From Octopus sinensis (taxonomy: Eukaryota), in assembly GCF_006345805.1 (NCBI RefSeq), contig NC_043015.1, positions 30,442,001-30,506,000 of the forward strand: a stretch of DNA of 64,000 nt, in the 5' to 3' direction. This document shows, in pieces, positions 11,770-24,639 of the stretch (position 1 is the first letter of the stretch; each line of letters opens with the position of its first letter). The notes beneath the pieces were generated by a model. The model saw only the letters and a program-made list of their open reading frames with translations. It did no database searches and had not been told where the DNA came from. The position numbers were made by a program, and so were the translations under genes.

Positions 11770-12130
11770 TTTCCTTCAGGACTATCCTAAGGACTGGACA
11801 TATTCTACCTCTCTCTTCTATCTTTTCTCTTTTCAGAGAAAATATTTCTCCAGTATTCACTATTTTATCCTCATTCTGGGCTAACGACCCTTCATTTTTG
11901 TTTTCGTTGGGTTTCCTTGTATGTCTCCACTGTCCTGTCTTTGTTCCCAACTATGACCCTTCATAAATCCAAAATTTTATTTTGGTATTTATGGGAGCAA
12001 CTGTCTTCAAAAACTCATATTGTCGTTCAATGCTCGAAATGAGGAGTAGATAGACAGCTGACAACTGATGAAGGGGCGTTCTTTGTGTTGCCTGTCCTGT
12101 TTTCCATTCGTTTCTCTTGTTGCTTGCATA
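11770..12130 (+). mobile_element. Probable Penelope-like terminal-repeat relic
   Basis: Pyrimidine-rich tract followed by ctcgaaatgag...acaactgatgaagggg; family assignment is inference. Confidence 0.3.
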
Positions 12131-12185
12131 TTGAAGTCATTTGTTTTCATATTTCATGTTGTATACTGTTGGTGACATCCTGTAC

Positions 12186-12221
<36 letters not shown>

Positions 12222-12319
12222 GCATATATATATATACACACGCATATATATATATATATACACACACACATATATATACACACACATATATATATATACA
12301 CACACATATATATATATAT

Positions 12320-12350
<31 letters not shown>

Positions 12351-13688
12351 GCACTGGCATGCCTAATATGTGTGTGTGTGTGTGTATACGTACATGAAAG
12401 CAAGCTTTGTATAATTCCTGTCTATCGAACTGACTGATAAAGCATTGGTCGACCTAGGGCTATTGTAGAAGAAAAGATTCTGTGCAATGAGGTTGCAACT
12501 TTCGATTTTTTTTTTATTTACCAATGATGTCAGAGGGAGAGCAGCATCCATGACTTATCTCAGGGTCTCTAACACTGGTCAGAGTTAAGGTGAAATGTTG
12601 TATCTAGTCTAAATGACCTGACCTGACCTGACCTGAATGTTTGCATCATCTCCCAAAACCTCCCACTGTAATTATTCAGGCTTTTTAAAAGCAAACCTTA
12701 CGAAATCTACCTTGTATCACTGTCACCCACTTTGACACAAAGATTTTAATTGCCTGCCGTTCATGCCCATCACCGATCATTCCCACAGTCTCTTGTGCTC
12801 TTTAGGTTTTATTTCATTTTGAATGTATTTTTTACAGAACTACTTTCATTGTTGTAACTTTTTCTCACATCAAACTTGCATCTCTTGTTGCTATTTATGT
12901 TTAAATTAATAGCAAAAATTTATTGTAACTGTTGTTGCAGTTGTTATGGCTATTCCTTTTTGCTATTCATTGTTCAAGACAATGTTACCATTTGATGCTA
13001 CTGTTGCTATTTTCACCACTGATTCTATCATTGTTGCTTTGGTTATTACTGTTGCTATTGACTGTTGATAACAACGTTGCTATTGATAATCATATTGCTA
13101 TTTCTGTTACTAATGCTGTCGTTGTTGCTTTGGTTATGGCTCTGGCTATTGGCCATTATTAACAATGCTGTTATCTCTGCTACTGGTACCATCATCATTG
13201 TAGCTATTGCCTAATGCTGTTGCTACTGTGCAATTGTTGTTGCTATTGATGTAACCGCTTTTTTTATCTCTCTTCTTATTGTTGTGTTTTGTTAAGTAAA
13301 CATGCATGATTGGTTTTCTTTTGTAGCTCTCCTCTTTGCTCTTCCATTTGTCTGAATACAAACATAAAAGGGAGCAATTCTGAAACCCTAAATAATTCCT
13401 GGGAAAATCTGAAACAAAAATCTTTCACTATGATATAGAAATATAATAGTAATTTTAACTCTCTCTCTCTATCTATCTATCTATCTATCTATCTCTATCT
13501 ATCTCTCTCTTTCTCTCTCTATCTCTATCTCTCTCTCTCTCATACTCACACACACACACTTATTGGTGCTTATAATTTCTAATATAACTACACATCAAAA
13601 ATCTAAGTATTTGATTCATTGATTGTTATTTCTTAACATAAGCATTGAGGTGGTGTACCTGTTGTATTGGACATTATGTAATATTTAA

Positions 13689-13916
13689 CCCCTTAGAATT
13701 TAAACTGGCAATATATGGCCCCAATATTCTACTTGTTCTGTGTTGAGAACAGCCAGATCCAGTCTCCTACACTTACCCTGTAATGTCATTCTAAGAATAC
13801 AATGTCACATCATTAAAATTTTGAATCCTTGAGATAATGCATGATTAATTCAAAACAATATGAATAAATAAATAAATAAGCATTACATTTCATAGAGTAA
13901 TATGAATGCCAGAAGG
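13689..13916. mobile_element. TTAA-type MITE, degenerate
   Basis: ttaaccccttag start and internal ...gagataatgcatgattaattcaaaacaa... shared with 7496-7706. Confidence 0.6.
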
Positions 13917-14198
13917 TTACATAAGGAGTATAAAGTGTCCTGCTACACTGTGGCTGTAAGTAACAAACCAATCATCATGTCAAGAACAAAACAGTGTATA
14001 TAAAAGGATTGGAAACAATTGTAGAGAGAGGTTGCAACGTTGCAACAAAAGCAATATGATAAATTTAGTCCAAAAACATATTTCTTACGGCAGAGTTATA
14101 GATATTTTAGTAACAACCAATATTAAGAAGTGTTAACCAAGGATTTCATTCTTTCTTTCTTTCTGTCTGTCTTTTTTTTTCTTTCTTTTTTTTTAATA

Positions 14199-14484
14199 GA
14201 GTACTAGGGGCTTGATGTAATCAAGCTACCTTGGAATTACTGGTCTTGTGTGAAAACTTGAGATCAATCATCATCATCATCATCATTTAACGTCTGCTTT
14301 CCATGCTGGCATGGGTTGGACGATTTGACTGAGGACTGGCGAACCAGTCCTCAGTCAAATCGTCCAACCCATGCCAGCATGGAAAGCAGACGTTAAATGA
14401 TGATGATGATGATGATTGATCTCAAGTTTTCACACAAGACCAGTAATTCCAAGGTAGCTTGATTACATCAAGCCCCTAGTACTC
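14199..14484. repeat. Perfect fold-back palindrome, 141-bp arms, CGAA loop
   Basis: 14199-14339 is the exact reverse complement of 14344-14484, including six CAT units. Confidence 0.95.
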
Positions 14485-14625
14485 AGCTGGTACTTTTTTT
14501 ATTGACCCCAAAAGGATGGAAGGTAAAGTTGACCTCAGTGGAATTTGAAGTCAGAACATAAAGACAGACGAAATGCCACTAAGTATTTTGCCTGGTGTGC
14601 TAACAATTCTGCTAGCTCACCACCA
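14485..14625 (-). mobile_element. SINE family A (5' part)
   Basis: Continues directly from the right arm of the palindrome. Confidence 0.75.
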
Positions 14626-15689
14626 TATACACTGAAAGTAGTTTGCATATACACGAAATACAACAGTTGGGAAACATTCATTGATTCACGCTAGACTTTC
14701 TCTTCAAAACCGTTCAATGTGAAACTAAAGAAGCCTGGTTCTGTATTTAATGACAATCAGAAATGATTTATTAATAACTTGGTTTAATGCTGTTGTTTTA
14801 TCATTTGACTTTTGATGTATGATTGCAACATCAATCTAGAAAGGGCTGAAAATATTAAGAACTAGGTAGGAAAGGTTTAATGATACACAAAATTTAATTC
14901 AAAGGATCATGTTAAAGGCAGAAGACCCCTGAAAAGTAATATAAAGGACTAAGCCCTTATTTAGTAAAACACTAAAGTAATTGAAATGTATCTAACAGAG
15001 GAAAATGTAATTAAAATTTTATGGAAAATAACTGAAATTTAATATGGGATGCTACTTGGTGAATTGTATTTTATTCATATTTTGCTTGCTTCAACTAGAT
15101 TTTTCTTTTCCTTTTGTTATCTTTTAACTTTGTTTTCATGCTAACATTATTCACTATGTCATAAATCATGCACTTGTGGCAGTACTGGGGTAACAGAATT
15201 GGTAGTGATCACCAGACAAAATGCCTTGCAGTATTTAATTACATTCATACATCTCCCACCATGTGTGCGTGTGTGTGTGTGAGTGTGTGTGTGTGTGTGT
15301 ACACATGTGTATCAAGATTGTTTTAACGTTCATTTTTGACGCTTGCATGGGTCAGATGGAATGTGTTGAGGCACAGTTTTTAAACCCAAACTTCCTGTTG
15401 CCAGTCCTCACCTGCTTTCAAGCAAGGTGATAATGCCCTGGTCTATCAGACAACGAACAGCCTGGTTGTAGTTATATATATATGGAAACAGACAACACTG
15501 TTTGAATGAGCCTTTTGGTTATAAAAACTATGCATTTCAAGATATGTTAAGAAACCCAGACATGCTTTCATAGTTGTCTGTAAGCAAAGGACATTTGTTT
15601 GTATTGGCAGTGAGGCAGTTTACATTCAGTAAACACTCTTGAAGACAAAGGAAAATACAATCTCTCTCTCACACACACATACATATCTC

Positions 15690-16008
15690 CGTGCCGGTGG
15701 CACGTAAAAAGCACCATCCGATTGTGGCCGTTGCCAGCCTCATCTGGCCCCCGTGCCAGTGGCACGTAAAAAGCACCATCCGATCATGGCCGTCTGCCAG
15801 CCTAGTCTGGCACCTGTGCAGGTGGCACGTAAAAAGCACCCACTACACTCACGGAGTGGTTGGCATTAGGAAGGGCATCCAGCTGTAGAAACACTGCCAG
15901 ATCAGACTGGGCCTGGCGCAGCCTTCTGGCTTCCCAGACCCCAGTTGAACCGTCCAACCCATGCTAGCATGGAAAATGGATGTTAAACGATGATGATGAT
16001 GATGATGA
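15690..16008 (+). mobile_element. SINE family C with three internal ~55-bp tandem units
   Basis: ggtggcacgtaaaaagcacc repeated three times, then the family core and a (GAT)n tail. Confidence 0.85.
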
Positions 16009-17179
16009 TATATATATATATAGATAGATAGATATAGATATAGATATAGATATAGATATATATATATTATATATATATATATAGATAGATAGATAGATAT
16101 AGATATATATACTAGGTTAGTTACATTACTGTATGGTAAGGTATACCACATCAGTAGCAGTCCATAAAAAGGAGAGTAAGTTGCCCCTTCCATCTGTAGG
16201 CTAAGGTGGCACCTTGGACAAGTGGTAGCAACCCCTTAGCCTCCCATGCCAGGGATACGGTGAAGACATTGGCAGCAGAATGTTGGATAACTGTCAAGGC
16301 AGAGGAGTTCTAGACCAACAGCTTGAAGGTTATTACTGCCAAGCAGAGAAGACCTGTACCATCAGACAATAGTTAGGCACCAACTAGAAAGCCTCCCATA
16401 CTCATTGCACTCTTTTATATTGCATAGTACCTGGCTTGGAAGCCCAGAGAGGTAGTCTGGTGTGGTGGGAGAGATGATGCCAACTTCTTTACTCACTGTC
16501 CAAGGCATTTTGTTAATTTGAAGAGAACAGTCAACTTTGACCTATGACAGACTGCTGACAACGATGAGGTTAGTCACATCGAATAGCATGGATGAAGAAT
16601 TAGATCACCAAATTAAAATGATATTTTTCGGCAAATTATTCGGTAAATAGACAAAAACTGAGAAATGAGAAATTTACAAGCATTTTATCAAAGATTTTTT
16701 TTTTGAAATTAGATATTACCATGCTTCTGTATATAAAGCATTCCATGTTTTCTGCAAAGAGAAGTACACAGAAAGATTGTTGTCACTTCCTTGTCTAGCA
16801 CATCCTATATAAAGTTAACCACAAGAGAAGCAGTCTTCTTTTAATTGCACAACAGAAGCAGTCTTCTTGTAAATTCAGCGATTTTTTTATCAATATGGCA
16901 AAACATAATTTTTGCAGGAATTTGTTAGTGCTTAAACCAAAATGGTATCACTGTTATTATTAGAGATATCTGAGAAATAAGTGTTGTTTCCTTTGCTGCA
17001 ACCAATTTGAATTTGTGCTTCAATGTCATGAGGCTGTAATGCTTTTATTATTAATTTTGTACCATTTCAGAGCATATACTCAACTAAATTTCATAAAGCA
17101 TTATAGGAGCTCCTTTCCTGCTCTACAGCATGACACCTGTGTGTGTTCCTCTATCATACTTTAGCCTCTTGACACCTGG

Positions 17180-17345
17180 CACAAAGCCACCTTGCACCCC
17201 CATCTCTGTAAAGTGGCTGGTAATAAGAAGGGCATCCAGCCATAGAAACCTTGCCGAAGCAGACACTGGAGCTCAATGCAGTCCTCTGGGTAGTCATATC
17301 CAACTTATGTCAGCATGGAATACAGATGTTAAACGATGATGATGT
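17180..17345 (+). mobile_element. SINE family C-related 3' fragment
   Basis: aagggcatccagccatagaaac...gttaaacgatgatgatg. Confidence 0.6.
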
Positions 17346-18479
17346 TGTGTATATTTGTGTATGTCTGTTGTTTGTGTCTCGTTGTCTTGGCATCGTGCAA
17401 CAGATGTCGCTGAACATCACTGTCATACAAACGGTGCCATTCATTTCCAATCTTCTGTGGTTTCAAAGCAGGTGCGGGTTAGCAATAGGAGGGACACCAA
17501 CCATAGAGTACCTTCCTCACGTGAATTCCATCTAACCATTGCAAGCATGGAAAAATGTACGTATATTACAATGATGTATGGTGTATTTGTGCTTGTGTTT
17601 ATCATACAAAGATACAAACAAGATGTTCAAAACAGAAGTCGGTGTGAAGGAGTGATTTGTCTGTGGTTGTTGTCAGAGCCAGCACCTCGCATTCAGTTAT
17701 TCAAATTTCACATTTCCAATCACCCAACAAGATACAAAGGGATTTGTATTCAGTTTGATGATCAAGAACACTTAATTCAAATAACCAGTTGTGAGGTGCT
17801 GGTCGTAATAGATATAAGTGTGTGTGTGTGTGACTTGTCAAACTTATTACTTCATTACTCTTGATTTTCTTGTTAGGTTTGAATATTAAATTTACAAATA
17901 TGTAAGAATATTGTTTATATATACACACACACACACATATATATATATATTAACACACACACACACCACACATATATATTAACACACACACACATATATA
18001 TACACATATATGTATATATATATATATACACACACACACATATTTATACATATATATAAGTCCTAAAGCAGTCCACTTTTTTTAAAAAGTAGCAGTCCAT
18101 ATATATATATATATATATATATCACGTGATCACATGACCGACCAGGCTCTCAGATGTTGCTAGACATCGCTGGTCACAATGCGCTTCGCACACTACCCCT
18201 CATACATACATATATATATATATATATGCATATATAAAGATAATCAGAAAATGGAGAAAACTTCAGATCAACAAACAAATCAATTGGACCACATGCCGCC
18301 ATGCTAGCGGCACACCTCTATTTCTCTCTCTGAGCATAGTGTACCTGCATACCTATGCCCAGAGATAACATGGGTAACTAATACCGATAGTATATACAGA
18401 TATTTTATTCCTTAGTCGGTTATTATAACCGCTAACCCTGCTTACCATACACACACACACATCCATACATATACCCATA

Positions 18480-18699
18480 CAAGGTGGTGCTGAAAAGATC
18501 CTGGCTTTGGGTAGAAGAAAATACAGGAGGATCAATTAATTGTGATTTTGTTCAACATGTTCCCCTTCTCAGATTCACACACTTATATTGCAATGGTCCT
18601 TCAGTTTTTCTAAACCCTGTAAAAGAACTCGGAAGGTTGGTTCCCCAACCAGGCCTTTTGCAATACCCTTAAAGCCTGGAACTTTGCAGCAGCCCCTCT
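18480..18699. mobile_element. Mariner-type MITE
   Basis: Imperfect ~30-bp TIRs caaggtggtgctgaaaagatcctggcttt / aaagcctggaactttgcagcagcccctct with TA flanks. Confidence 0.75.
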
Positions 18700-18796
18700 T
18701 AATGTATTTGCATTTGTCACCCTTATTCTTTTATTGTGACCCTTATTCTTTTATTAATAAATGTATGAATAATTGTTTTTTCTTTTCTTTGTACAG

Positions 18797-18898
18797 CGAG
18801 ACAGTCATAGTAAGTGTTTAGCACACATCCCAACGTCAGCGATATACTGCGCAGGCAAGCCCTCCACAATCACAGACCAAACCAGAGTGTGTGTATAG
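18797..18898 (+). CDS. Composite terminal exon of the MFS/MCT-like gene: RDSHSKCLAHIPTSAIYCAGKPSTITDQTRVCV*; internal donor after 18809 defines a 13-nt microexon
   Basis: Strong acceptor ttttttcttttctttgtacag, phase 0 matches 8032-8086, open to TAG at 18896-18898; ATA|gtaagt at 18810. Confidence 0.7.
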   Translation, partial: RDSHSKCLAHIPTSAIYCAGKPSTITDQTRVCV

Positions 18899-19339
18899 AA
18901 GATAAATCCCAGAAAAAAATATATATATATATATAAATATATAAATATATACAAAGAAAAAAATACAACAATAAAAACTGAACAACTTTCTTCATGTTTT
19001 GTCCATATTTTTCTCTTCTCAATCACTCCTTTCTTTGTGATTGAGGAATTTTGATGTCCAACCATCATATTTTATCTGCATGGAGTCATTTTATTCAAAT
19101 TGACCAACCAGCGGCGAAAATTACCAAAATTAATAACAACAATAACAAGATTGATAATCACTGAAAAAAAAAGAAAAAAAAAAAACCTAACACCCATGAT
19201 GACCACCACCTCAGAGAGAGCTCTTTTTTTTTTTTATAAAAAAACTGGATATTTCTGATTTGTCTTTTATTTCTTGTTGTGGGTGAATATCAAATTATCA
19301 GGGAATAAATCACTAACATCACATACACACACCTACACT

Positions 19340-19374
19340 ATCAATATATATATAATATATAATATATATATATT

Positions 19375-19419
<45 letters not shown>

Positions 19420-19447
19420 TACATATATCTATATATATCTATAATAT

Positions 19448-19479
<32 letters not shown>

Positions 19480-19690
19480 CACATATATACATATATATAT
19501 ATATTATTATATATATATATATTATATATCTATATATACACATATATACATATATATAATAATATCTATATTCTATATATATATACATCTATATATATAT
19601 ATATATATACATATATATACACATATATATACACATATATATACACATATGTTATATTTATATATATATATATATTATAATATATATATA
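19340..19690. repeat. (TA)n-rich microsatellite
   Basis: Direct reading. Confidence 0.95.
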
Positions 19691-20049
19691 CTGTTCACAG
19701 CCATTTGATTTTTGTTGTGTTGTTTGTTGTTTAACCTTCCTTCCTTCCTCCATTTTGTTGTTTTTTTCTTGTCATAAATCGAATATTTCTGCCACTGTTT
19801 GGAAAAGCACCAACAATTCCTTCCCACTATTTTCAGATATGTTGATCACTTTATTTGTTAGAAGCATCCAGATACTAAAATACATTTGTGTGTGTGTGTG
19901 TATATATGTGTGTTTGTACTTTTAGATATAAATATGAGAAACAGAGAGAGAGAGAGAATATATTCGATGCAACAGACACAAGATACTTTTATTTCACTCA
20001 TCTGTTTGAAGTGAAACTACTTCATTTCATCCCTTCTTAGTTTCTCCAG

Positions 20050-20096
20050 AATCTTCAGGCATGGGACAATTGGAAACTTTCACTTCAAATGAATGA
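20050..20096 (+). CDS. Alternative terminal exon of the MFS/MCT-like gene: (K)SSGMGQLETFTSNE*
   Basis: Strong acceptor cttcatttcatcccttcttagtttctccag; phase 1 fits the 13-nt microexon 18797-18809. Confidence 0.65.
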
Positions 20097-20488
20097 ATGT
20101 ATGTATGCCTGTGTATGTGTTATACATATATATTCATACATGTGGTGTGTGTGTGTATATATATATATATGTATATGAAAAAAGGTTTGAAAATGCAAAG
20201 GCCTTTTAGAGAGGTTTATTAACTTGACCGGTTTCACTTTTTTTTAGAAAAAGATTATCAGAAGTAAATTATAAAGCTTTGTATAAGCTTTATATTTTAC
20301 TTGTGATAACCTTTTTCTAAAGAAGTGAAGCTGGAAGTCAATAAACATCTCTAAAAGACCTTTGCAATTTTCAAACCTTCTTTCATATATATTTTCACTT
20401 GTTGTGGTACCTTACAATTTTACTTCGTTATCATCTATCTATCCATCTATCTATCTATCTATCTATATATATATATATATATATATAG

Positions 20489-20523
<35 letters not shown>

Positions 20524-20611
20524 ATATATTCATATATATATATATATTCATATATGCGGTATATATACATATATATTATATAATATATATATATATATAT
20601 AATATATATAC

Positions 20612-20742
20612 TTTATTTTATAGAAGGAGCTTCTACAGGACTAGAACTGTTTCATTCAAATGAAATCATCAGGAAGCTTCCTGGATGATTTCATTTGAAT
20701 GAAACAGTTCTAGTCCTGTAGAAGCTCCTTCTATAAAATAAA
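20612..20742. repeat. Near-perfect 131-bp palindrome centred on AAGCTT, one 1-nt indel
   Basis: Arms 20612-20676 and 20677-20742. Confidence 0.95.
20628..20678 (-). ncRNA. Type I hammerhead ribozyme motif
   Basis: AGCTTC-CTGATGA-tTTCatttGAAt-GAAACAG-ttctagtc-CTGTA^GAAGCT: intact core, 6-bp stem I, 4-bp stem III, GUA cleavage triplet; stem II is 3 bp with a U.U closing mismatch. Confidence 0.65.
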
Positions 20743-20828
20743 TTAATTTACTCTGCTATTATTGAGTACCTTATTTACTGTGGTTAAACCCGACTCAACC
20801 CGGGACCTACATATATATATATATATAT

Positions 20829-20861
<33 letters not shown>

Positions 20862-21464
20862 ATATATATATATATAATATATGTGTGTGTGTGTGTATAT
20901 ATGCATCTGTTTATTATGTTTATGTATATAGTATTATGCACGCACATACACACACGCTGATATACACACTAAACAGTAACTACCTTGTTATCCCCTGAGA
21001 TGATATATAAAGCATTTCACTGTTTTATGTAACAAAGTAACAAAAATACTAACATAGTTAAAAACAACACATTCAGTCACATGTAATAAGTACTAAAACT
21101 ACTACTACTACTACCACTACTACTACTAGTAGCACCAACACTAGTATACTACCACTACAAATGCAGAAACCAATACCATACTTGTACCACTATGTATACC
21201 AATCCTACTATTTTACCACCACTATTGTCTCTCTCTCTCTCTCTTGGCTTGACTTTGTGAATGAAGATTTACATGGTGGAGGGTGCCCACATCTGTTGCA
21301 GGGTGGCTGATGCCTGATGAGCCCAATTCAGGAGGGGCAGGTATAACTGCAGGGGCCACATGGGAATGTGAGCTGACCGAGGTTGGCTGTAGTGTAATTG
21401 TTTTTCCTGTTGATGTCTAAAGGAAGTCATTGCCTGGAGATGAGATGCCAGGCTTCACAGCCAC

Positions 21465-21493
21465 CACCTCTACTACTACTATTACCACCACCA

Positions 21494-21537
<44 letters not shown>

Positions 21538-21615
21538 TTACCACTACTACTACTACTATTACCACTACTACTACTACTACTACTACCACCACTACTACTA
21601 CTACTACCACCACCA
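21465..21615. repeat. (CTA)n/(CCA)n trinucleotide repeat
   Basis: Direct reading; explains the poly-Y/L/S ORFs. Confidence 0.95.
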
Positions 21616-22132
21616 ACATCACAATCACTTAACAACCAATACAGATACAAAAACCACTACTGTGCTACTACCCATGCTATTTCTCCATTACTCCTAATAC
21701 AAAACAACACTACAACTCTTATACTACCACCACCACAACTATTACTTCTACTACCATTATTGACTGAACTACTACCAAAACAGACACCAACTACATAACA
21801 CTACCACTACGACTGTACTACTACCAATACATACACCTGCTACATGGCATCACTACTTCTACTTCTGATACGAAATCCAAAGCACTACATTATTACTTTG
21901 AACATTGCTACACTACCAACTACGCTACAACCTCGTTGCCACCAACGTCACCACAGCTACACTACCACTGGTACCACAACACTGTTGCCGTCTTTAAGCA
22001 CCAAAATATTATTGCCAAGAACATCACACTCTCACCAACACTCTACACTGTTATCACACTAATACCAGTACTATTTTAACTGATATCTAAAACTCTACTA
22101 CTGCCTCCAAATATTCACCGTCATCACCACCG

Positions 22133-22163
<31 letters not shown>

Positions 22164-22319
22164 AATCACTAATATTACTATTACTGTTTCTACTTAATAA
22201 TGTGACCCACTATGTTATTTCCACTAATATTCAAATATTTTGTGATTTGTTTTTTGTATATTAACATGCCACTCACACCAATTGAAGCATAAAGCAGGAA
22301 CAAACGCATTCACACACAT

Positions 22320-22656
22320 GTTCGTGTGTGTGTGTGTGTACATAATTATATATATGTGTATCTATGTACATATATATGTATATATATGTATGTTTATATA
22401 TTTATATGTATGTATATATTTATATGTATGTATATGTGTATATATATATATATGTATATATTTATATGTATGTGTATATATGTATGTATATATATATGTA
22501 TGTGTGTGTATGTGTGTATATATGTATGTGTATATATATATATGTATGTGTGTATGTGTATATATATGTATATATATATGTATGTGTATATATGTATGTG
22601 TATATATATATATGTGTATGTATATGTATATATGTATGTGTGTATAATCATATATG

Positions 22657-22728
<72 letters not shown>

Positions 22729-22730
22729 TA
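22320..22730. repeat. (TA)n/(TG)n compound microsatellite
   Basis: Direct reading. Confidence 0.95.
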
Positions 22731-24639
22731 TATGATTGCTAAATCCACAAATTTTCTTATTCTCTCTCTGTTTATTTCCTCATATTCTTTCCCGCTGAAG
22801 AGCATAGGCTTGAAATGTAAAAGACCTTCTCACTTTCTTGAGTGACAAACTAATACAGCTGCTTGTCTATTGTTTTTCTGTAAATTCCAACTATATATAT
22901 GTGTGTGTGTGTGTGTGTCTGTGTTTATGATGAAAATGGAGTGCATGAGAGATATAAAGGTCGCTGTGCATACATGTATGTGTGTTTGTGTAAATATTTG
23001 CATGTGTGTGTGTGTGTATGTTTAAAATTCAAGTTAATGCCACAGTTTTCAGGTGCAGATGAATTACAATCATTTATACCTGAACATAAATCAAATGGGT
23101 ACTTTTGTACACTCAATATACTCCGAAATCTGTGAGAGTGTCTTAAAAAATAAAATATGGGTGTGTCCTGTTGCCACAGGACCACCCGTGTTTCAGTGCT
23201 ACACTGAAGTCAATTAAATAATATTAATTTAATTAGCAGCTTTAAGTCCATTTATTAACATTTCAAAATTTACTATGTTGTCTTCTCCCATTTCATCACA
23301 GTCTCTCTCTCTCTCACTCACTGTGTATTTGTTTGTGTGCGTTGAATTCATTTAATTAAAACTTCTTCAATGTGGTACCCCAGCATGGCCTCAGTCAATG
23401 ACTGAAACAAGTAAAAAAAAATAGAAGATATATATACATATTTTTTCATATGTATATGTGTGTATGTAGATATGTATCTACATATGTTTGTGTGTGTGTG
23501 TGTGTGTATTCACACGCACATACATTGTACATATAAACACTCTGGCTGTGTAATTTAAGGATAGAAACTTCTTGGATCATAAGCTACAACTTAATCTCCT
23601 GCTGCTACCATTGTATGACCACATTTAGGCACGAAAAGTTGCCTACATAAGGAGGGAGAGAGACAGACAGACAGACAGATACACACACACACACACACAC
23701 ATACTGTGTATGCAATCCACTCCGTACCAAAATTTGCCAGTGTGAGGAAAGTGTTGCATCGTTAACAGATACTACTACTACTACTACTAATTAAGTAACT
23801 AATAACAGCGTGAACATCCTAATTACAGTAACTGGGCACTAATGCAGAGGTTAGTTGAATTCCTCTAACGATCGATGGGTACATTATGGGGTGGGGGTGC
23901 GATAGGTAAATGAATGGAGGTAGAGTGTGAGAGAGAGAGAGAGAAAGAGGTTGATGTAATTAGTAAAAAGTAGAAAGAGAGAGAGTACTGGAGAGAGAGG
24001 GGGGAAAGGAATAGACAGAGAGATTTGTGGTTGGAAAGAAAGAGAGAGAGAGATAGAGTGAAAGAGAAAAAGGAAAGGGTCGGATAGATTACCGAGGCAG
24101 ATGAATGTGATGGAGTGGGGTAGGGGCAGGTTAGTCCACCCTTGCAAATGTTTCCATTGAACTGTTTAGAATCATCTTGATCACTGCTTTATGACTCCGT
24201 AGAACCCATAAAATATTTGGTTCTCTTCTCATCAATCATTCTCTGTTCTTTATATATTATTTTGGAACAATGCAAGAAAACAAAAAAAGAGAGAAAACAA
24301 AAAAAAAAATATAAAAAAAAAACGAAAACAAATTCTCACCTTCAACATGTTATTTTTGTGTTATTTTTTTGTGTTGTTGTTGTTGTTGCTGTAAAAGATG
24401 GGGAAGAGCACCATTTCATTTTTCTTGGTTTGGCCAATAAATTTATTTCATTTTATTATTTTTTTGATTTAATTTCATTTTTTTAATTTTTTTTATGACA
24501 ACAAAACAAAGATGTTCTGCAAAATGGAGATAAAAATCTCTTGTGAGTTTATCAAATATTTGTTTCTTTGTGATTCCATTCTTTTATCTTTTTTTCCCTT
24601 CATTTTGTTTTTGATATATATTTTTCTTTTTTTTCATGG

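Noticed and set aside
16524-17140. Phase-compatible exon pair EQSTLTYDRLLTTMR / AYTQLNFIKHY...
   Set aside because: Weak first acceptor, no clear donor for the second exon, and the phase does not fit the flanking transporter exons (0 at 8086, 0 at 18797).
17679-17802. Imperfect 29-bp inverted repeat with TTGATGA...TTCAAAT, and the 169-aa ORF 17355-17864
   Set aside because: Too degenerate to call a hammerhead (no C3, no GAAA, no valid cleavage triplet); the ORF is stitched from repeat fragments.
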